NCBI GenBank assembly: GCA_964016885.1
Contig: OZ024740.1
Location: forward strand, 201,314,001-201,378,000
DNA length: 64,000 nucleotides
DNA from: Eledone cirrhosa
Lineage: Eukaryota
Direction of reading: 5' to 3'
Shown piece after piece: positions 55,551 to 64,000 of this stretch (position 1 is the stretch's first letter; each line of letters starts with the position of its first letter). A program made the position numbers and the translations under genes. The notes beneath the pieces are model-generated. The model searched no databases. It was given only the letters and a program-made list of their open reading frames with translations, and had not been told where the DNA came from.

Positions 55551-56054
55551 AAGTTGACCGTGAAGAGAATTAATGAAGAAAACTCTGTCGTAAGCTATTG
55601 TGATCGGTTTAGTCTGTTTTGTTCTGTTTTTGTTTTTGTTGGGGATTTTTTCTATATTTCGTATTACTGTAGGTTGTGTGGACACGAGTTGATGGAAAGT
55701 CCTGATCGTATTGATGAGATGACAGAAAAGCAAAGAAAAATAACATTCTTATATATATTTCCCAGACAGATTGAGGGTTTAGAAAGAATTTCATGTTCAT
55801 CATAGAATCCTGGTTCTTATTAAGATCGTTGATTGTATTGTAAGCTGGGTTAAAGCAAGAGATTTCTTCTCTTCTGCATCGTTTTTTTTTTTCTCATTTT
55901 TACTTTTATTATTATTTCATTTTGATTTTATGTGTGTTATATTATTTTTGTTGCTGTTGTTGTTGTTCTTTTTGGTTTGTTTGTTTTTTTTTTTCTTTTT
56001 TTTACCCATTATCTTCTTGACATACGTTGCAGTGAGATCACTGAGACAGGGCTA

Positions 56055-56602
<548 letters not shown>

Positions 56603-56649
56603 AGTAAGTATGTTTTGAAACAGTGAGCAGGTTTGAAATTAGAAAATAG

Positions 56650-56937
<288 letters not shown>

Positions 56938-57169
56938 GATAACAAGTTATATATATATATATGGGATTGTAAGTTATGGTTATAGGTAATCCAGTTAGAT
57001 GTTATGAGTACTCCGCGTCGTAGATAGTTTTAACGTACGGCTTTGTTTGACTCAACAAGATGTTTCCATAGTTATGCAGCGAGTTCGCGGTAATTTCTAT
57101 GCAGGTTATACTTGGAGTAATAATAGTTAAAATAAGAAGAGTAACATGGTTGACTGTACAATAAGGGCT

Positions 57170-57376
57170 TTATTTAAATATGGATTTAGGGTGGTTAGAC
57201 TTGGTATCTACATAAATTAGTTTTTCGTTAGATTTATGAAAGGGTGTATAAATTTTAGAGTCTAGGTAAAGGATAGCATCAAGGAAGTTTACATTTTTAG
57301 TGTTTTGTCTATGGTGATACTTAAGTTGAAGTTTTTGAAAATTGTATGTAATAGTTTCCATATGAAACTCAATCAC
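57170..57376 (-). pseudogene. PLE reverse transcriptase C-terminal fragment (inverted)
   Basis: VNFLD...YTPFHKSNEKLIYVDTKSNHPKSIFK, typical of the PLE RT motif 7/thumb start. Confidence 0.8.
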
Positions 57377-57377
57377 T

Positions 57378-58520
57378 AAAGGAATATCTACTAGAATCTC
57401 TAATCTATCTTACAATGAAACCATATTTAACAATAATTAACAATACTATAATCAGGCATTAGCTAAATCAGGCAATAATAATGGGATTGAATTTCTATCT
57501 ATAAAATCACATAGTTACAGCATTATTTCTCACAATATGTCCATGAGGGAAAATAATAATAAGAATAATAGCCACCCTTACTATAATACGAAGGGTAGTA
57601 TCAAACTTAACTCGCACCAAAGTAGACACCAAAATATTATAAACAGAAATACCTCAATAGATATAAAAAACAAAAATAGAAGAACTAATACATTTATCAA
57701 TCCCCCTTTCAATCTAAACGTCTCTACCAACTTACCTAAGGCTTTCTTCTCAATCATAGAAAAAAACTTCCCATCTGGCCACAAGTACCATAATCTTTTA
57801 AATAAAAATACCATTAAAATCTCTTACTCTACCACACCTAACATAGCATACCATATAGCTAGTAGTAATAACAGAAAGATTAATATTTATTTTCAACAAA
57901 TTAAAACACAGCAGGAGGTAAACTTTCAGAACAACATAATAACTACAAAACCTAATAGCAATAGTAATAATAGTAATAACACTAATGAAATCAATAACAT
58001 TAGGAACGACAACCATCATAGCCCTAATACTATCCCTAGCAACCAGACTTCTACACAACATAATAACCGACAAGATAACATCCAAAATAAATGTAACTGT
58101 AGATCAAATAGAACCTGCCCTTTAGGTAACAACTGCTTAATCAAGGACATCATTTACTCCTGCACGGTCAACACTAACAACTCTTCTAAAACATATATAA
58201 GCTCTACTTCGAACTACTTCAAGACGAGATACAACTCGCACCTCCACTCTTTCAAAAAACACAATCTAACCAACTCCACTTCACTATCTAGCTACATACA
58301 CTATCTGAAAACTAGGAATAGATCATATACAGTTCAATGGGAAGTAATAGGTAGGGCTGCATCGTATAAACCACCTAATAAATGTTGTAACCTCTGTCTC
58401 CTAGAGACCCATACTATAATCTTTTCGAATCTTAACCTCCTAAATAAAAAATCGGAAGTGTTTGCATCGTGCCAGCACCGCTTCCGACACTCATTCCAAA
58501 GCTTTAAACCTAGTATATAA
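57378..58520 (+). pseudogene. PLE RT thumb/linker and GIY-YIG endonuclease
   Basis: KGISTRISNLS...; FINPPFN; KISYSTTPN; CNCR...CPLGNNCL; IIYSCTV...TYISST (GIY-YIG-like, with the G of YIG replaced by S); FKTRYNSH; CNLCLLE; CQHR. Confidence 0.85.
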
Positions 58521-60030
58521 CAATGTCAGATTTGAACTCATCACCACCATTGGCACTTCACCTCTAAGACTTACCCTCCACCGCTGCATCACACTCTTTG
58601 ATCCACCCTTTCCTCTACACAAATCATTTTTATCTATAACTTTATACTCTAGAAATATGCTTATAGTCACCACCTTTTAATATAATTACTTTAGATTACT
58701 TATAATTATGTAGTGATTGAAATATATATATATACAATATACAATATATATAAACTTTAAATATTAAATGTAACAATGAATTATATATACATTTATGATT
58801 AAATGTATAAATTAATAATAACATTGTATATAAAGGATTAATTTATTAACATAAGGGATTTATCTAACTTAAATGTAATATGGAACAATGAATTATATAT
58901 ACATTTATAATTAAATGTATAAATTAATAACATTGTATATAAGGATTAATTTATTTACTCAAGAGATGTATCTAATTTATCATGAAAACAGCTATACGTT
59001 ATTCCATATCTTACCAAATATTGGGTAGACAACAATCTAATGAAACCTTTAATATATTATAAGAGAGTAGACTGTATTTAAAATTAAATAAAAATATATA
59101 ACATTTTGTATAAGGAATTCAATTATGGCACTATATAATATTGTGTAGACAACAATCTAATGAAACCTTTAATATATTATGAGAGAGTAGACTGTATTTA
59201 AAATTAAATATAAATATATTACTTTTTATATAAGGGATTCAATTGAGGCACTATATAATGTCTATTAGAGCAAGGAATTTAATTATTATAATGAGCTAGT
59301 TACCTCCCCTTACGCATTAGCTCCCCTTAATTCCATATCCACTTCCGGATATTAAACCGTTGAAAATTCTCGCAGTTAAATAACTCTAATCCATAAATAT
59401 GGATTAAATAACACTAAGTTACAATCCATTACTATAACAAACATTCAATACAAATATATCTTAACTTATGTAATGGATGTGAAATCTGTAACTTTCATAT
59501 TCTACACACATACAAATTTGAACTATACAGAAAATATCCTCGCATTGCATCCACCATAATACACTAACATATTCGCTTAAAGTGCTTGTATTTTATGTAA
59601 TACCCTGCCATACACTACTCATATATGCATGATACATTTGCTTGTTCCATTCCTTTATATATGACTAACGCATGTACTATCTCTCTAATTTAATTATTAG
59701 ACTATTCTCGTGTATTATCTGTATTATCTGACGCATGTATTCCACCCTATGCTTTTAATTTTAATTTTAATTTTAATTTTAATTTTAATCTTAATTTGAA
59801 TTATTGTACAATTCTAGTATAATATAATATATGTCGCATCCATTCCACACTGTAAACATGAAACTGTTGTCCACAACATCAATATATATGTATCTGTATG
59901 ATTCTTCAGTTGAATAGGAGGTTAATTATATGTACAAACATTGATAATGCTCCGAGGACCTCTAGGCCTAAGTTTGGAAGAAACAATTGTCAGCGATTAA
60001 AAGTTTTAAACATAACTTTGATACTTGTGT

Positions 60031-60169
<139 letters not shown>

Positions 60170-60225
60170 GTATGTGTGTGTGTGTGTGTACATACATATA
60201 TAGATATGCAAGCACGCAACCATAG

Positions 60226-60263
<38 letters not shown>

Positions 60264-60324
60264 TACACACACAGACACACACACATACACACACACGAAC
60301 AAATATATATATATATCAAAAACA

Positions 60325-61715
60325 AAGCATCTACAACCCGTCCTGCATGTGGGGGTGGAGTCGGTGTCTAATTTTGGAAAAGCCTAGATCTTACGATACG
60401 GACCATTTTCCTGAATCCAAAAGGTAAGTTGGTGGTGTTGGATGACCAGCTGCGAAAGCTATGCTTTCAGGCTAGGTGCTTTCTATTCCTCGACAGTGAC
60501 AGGGCGGCCTGATTTCTTTAGACGTCCTGAGATTTTCTAGAAATGTCCAGTGGGTGACGAAAACGGTATCTTGGATGCACGCTGGGGCTGTGTGGGAACT
60601 AACAGATAGGGACAAGGGTGTAAAAGCCTCTCTAACCTACTCAGACGCTTCCAACTATCTGACGTGTACCGACTGGAATTCCCGAATGTGCCAATGTGAA
60701 CATGGACAAACGGGAGCAATCGTCAACAATAAATGGTGGCTCGCCCTGAAAAGGTCTATTAGAGCAGAATCGATAAGTTTTAGTAAGGCTGTAACGATAG
60801 AGAAAACTGGAGTAGATGGAGATCTAGTTAGAAAACTAGAAGAGGCACTCACTAAAGGCATCACAGCCAACGTGCTCTCTGCGAGATTGGCACTAGATCA
60901 ATTCTTCAATTCTAAGCATGAAGGCTGCGTTGTCTAGCTAAGGCGTGTGATCTTAAACAGTGGGGGACGAAAGCTGTTCAATGGACCCGAGTGACGGAGG
61001 CGAGACGTGGCAACAAAGCCACAACCCGGTCTTTGGTGGACCACGACGTGCGCATGGTACTAGATCCCAAGCAGATGTGTGAGGTTTTTCAGCAACATTT
61101 CGATCACATGTTCGGGGGGCGGGCGTGGGTGGAACGAAGGATGCATTTCAGAGCCTACCTTGATGGCCTGTCGCGGCTCTCAGCGAGGAAGATGAAATGT
61201 TGCGAAATACCGATAACAACCGAAGAAATATGGGACTCAATCGCTAGCTGCATGACGGACAAATCTCCTGGCTTAGAGGGTCTTCCCTACGAGATTTATA
61301 TAAACATACCAGACTTATTCGGCGACGTCTTAGCGGATGTCTACGCCAATTGGCAGCATAACGGAAGAATTCCCAATTCTGTGAATCGAGGGGCGGTAAC
61401 GCTGCTGAGAAAAGACAAAAAAAAACCGGGACCATATAGATAATTTCTGGCCCATAACTCTGATAAACACAGAGTTTAAAATTTTAACCAAGGTGTGAGC
61501 GACCAGGTTGGCGCTTGCCGTCGGTGGTCTGGTAGGGGAGGCGCATACATGCGCCATTGCGAACATAACCATCCACGACAACCTCCATCTTATGCGATAC
61601 ATGATAGAGAGAGGAGCTAAGGAACCTGGCACGGGTGGGGCCCTGATCAATTTAGATCAATCAAAGGCTTTCGATAGGATCGACCATCGCTACCTTGCGG
61701 CCGTCCTCAAAGCAC
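60325..61715 (+). pseudogene. Decayed L1/Tx1-type LINE (APE fragment and RT N-terminal half)
   Basis: KSPGLEGLPYEIY; NFWPITLINTEFKILTK; IHDNLHLMR; LINLDQSKAFDRIDHRYL. Many stops. Confidence 0.85.
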
Positions 61716-62172
61716 GAATGACCATGGGATTTGCACCTAGAAAGCACAAGCCTGGGTAAGTTTATTTATGGAAGACCAGCTGTCGCCCATGCGTACCAGT
61801 CTTCCCTCTTCACGCCACTGATGTTGTCCAAAGGGCCGATACACCTCGGCACCAGTGACGTCACAACTCATTTCTACAGCTGAGTAAACTGGAATAACAA
61901 ATATATCTGTATATAGTTATTCATATAGGTATAGCTACACAGCTATATATATACAAATAAAAGTGCATGTATAGGTAAAAGCAGCCAATTAGTAGAGTCG
62001 GATAGAATGTTCTGCGGTATTCTTGCCAGCTCTCTACACTCTGAGGTCAAATTGCATCGACTTCAATTTTGCCTTTCACATTTTCGTGGTCAATAAATTA
62101 AGCATCAGTACTGGGATTGATTCTTCCTCCCTTTTTTTGTGAAAGAAAGTGTCTGTATTAAGATAATACAAG

Positions 62173-62483
62173 CAGGGCTGGATTTAATGGGGAAGGGGCA
62201 AATGGGGCAACTGCACCGGCCCCCTGCAGTGGAGGTCCCACCAGCGACGGCCGTAGCAATTTATTTGTGCCCTCAGCTAGGCTTTATAATTTTAGGATGG
62301 TTAGAATTTTTTAATGCAATATCTATGTATAACTTTTCAATACCAATTACTTGCATCTCGCTAACTTCCATATGTAAAATTGGGCGGGGGGGGGGGGAGC
62401 TCTGTGTATTCTAAATTGTTTCTGTCTAAGGGAGCTCCCCGAACCTGAAGTGCTTCCCCACACCCGGTCTAAATCCAACCTTG
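62173..62483. mobile_element. MITE (hAT-like TIRs)
   Basis: CAGGGCTGGATTTA / TAAATCCAACCTTG termini, degenerate 8-bp TSD (AATACAAG/CATGCAAG). The same right end appears at about 37105-37125. Confidence 0.6.
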
Positions 62484-63147
62484 CATGCAAGGGATAGGCT
62501 CCAGGTGTAAATTCCACAATAGTGCCCGACGACTCCATTAAATGTTAAGGGACTAGGATGGATGGAATGCATTTGGTAAATAAGAAATAGGTAACTTCAT
62601 TGTACATGTCACTGGTCTCACTTGAATCAAAATGGCGTCCAAAATAATAATCAATCAAAACGGCATCCTATATTTAACGCAGATGATCGGAATTAGTATG
62701 GAGAATTATGATAAAGGAGTAATGTTGAAATGAGAAATAGTGAAAACATATTTTATGTTCTAATATTAAATAATTTGTTTTGGTGTGGAACTTCGTTTCA
62801 AGATGGCATAAAATAATGAAGAACTTAGAGAGACTGATGCCGGCTATAGGAATTTATTTATTGATGTGGCTCACTTATTAATATGCGAACTGCACGGTCA
62901 TAGTTTAAAGGAAGAAACTTATACATTAGAGTTGGTCAGTAATTTAGATTTCGTGCAGTGATGGACTTTGTAAGCATTCACGCTTCGTTGCAATTCAATT
63001 AGTTTCATCCATTGGCAATACTGCGAAGAATTCTTAGAATTCATGATTAATGGAATTAAATTAATGATGTCTATATAAGTAATCAATTATGAATCTATAT
63101 ATGTTTAGGTCGACCCGAACTTGAGTGTGTGACTATAACTGTATGTA

Positions 63148-63220
<73 letters not shown>

Positions 63221-63242
63221 ATGTGTGTATGTGTGTGAATAA

Positions 63243-63302
<60 letters not shown>

Positions 63303-63444
63303 AAGGTGACACAATAGCAGAGCTGCTAGTACATCAGTTAGTATGTTTATGGTATTTATTCTTATTCTCTACAATCTGACTACAAACCCCACCGAAGTCA
63401 ACTTCGTTTCTAGATCGATAAATACCAGACCAGTACTGGGGTAG

Positions 63445-63534
<90 letters not shown>

Positions 63535-63762
63535 TCTCTCTCTTACTGTTTCTGTCTCACTGGAGGCAATTGGCTCTGTTCAGACATGGACTGGAGAGTG
63601 ATGGGCTCCCTGTGTCGGGATAGCCCCATTTCCCTTCTAAAACTCCATCAGGATTTCGGGGCCTATTATTAGATGTGCGCATGTGGTTATAAGTGTGTGT
63701 ATAACTGTGTGCATGAGTGTGTGTATGAGTGTGTGTGTGTGAGTGTGTTTTTGTGTGCGTGC

Positions 63763-63846
<84 letters not shown>

Positions 63847-64000
63847 ATGTGCACGTAATATGAAGTGTTTCGGATTACTGCACTGTGAGTTAAATTCGCA
63901 CTGAAGTCACTTTTGCCTTTCTTCTATCGAGATCGATAAACGAATCTACCAGTTGAAGGAGGTAAATTGGCAGAGTTGCTAGAGTATCTGACGATATATA

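Overview
This is eukaryotic, AT-rich, microsatellite-saturated non-coding DNA. The repeat content suggests a coleoid cephalopod such as Octopus, but that is an inference. No intact host gene can be supported, and almost all long ORFs in the track are artefacts of simple repeats. Conventional content: (1) a decayed full-length Gypsy/CsRn1-type LTR retrotransposon at 43422-48851 (minus strand, 457-bp LTRs, CTTT TSD); (2) remnants of RTE, L1/Tx1, CRE-like and R4/Dong-like LINEs; (3) a rearranged Penelope-like element with a GIY-YIG ORF; (4) a non-autonomous Helitron, hAT-type MITEs and tRNA/Deu-type SINEs. The main hidden signal is a dense population of small non-coding elements embedded in (TA)n tracts that carry type-I hammerhead ribozyme motifs: 11 with intact CUGANGA/GAAA/NUH cores from about 8 families, plus several decayed ones. 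Several show 446-528-nt terminally redundant monomers, and many share a 'both tails outward' inverted architecture with the neighbouring autonomous-type Penelope remnant. This looks like a Penelope-dependent retrozyme/circular-RNA system. A second theme is satellites born from retroelement coding sequence. A 14-kb array of about 660 x 21-bp units is an amplified 7-codon piece of an RTE ORF, and a 35 x 47-bp array is the amplified 5' junction of a (CATA)n-associated RLE LINE.
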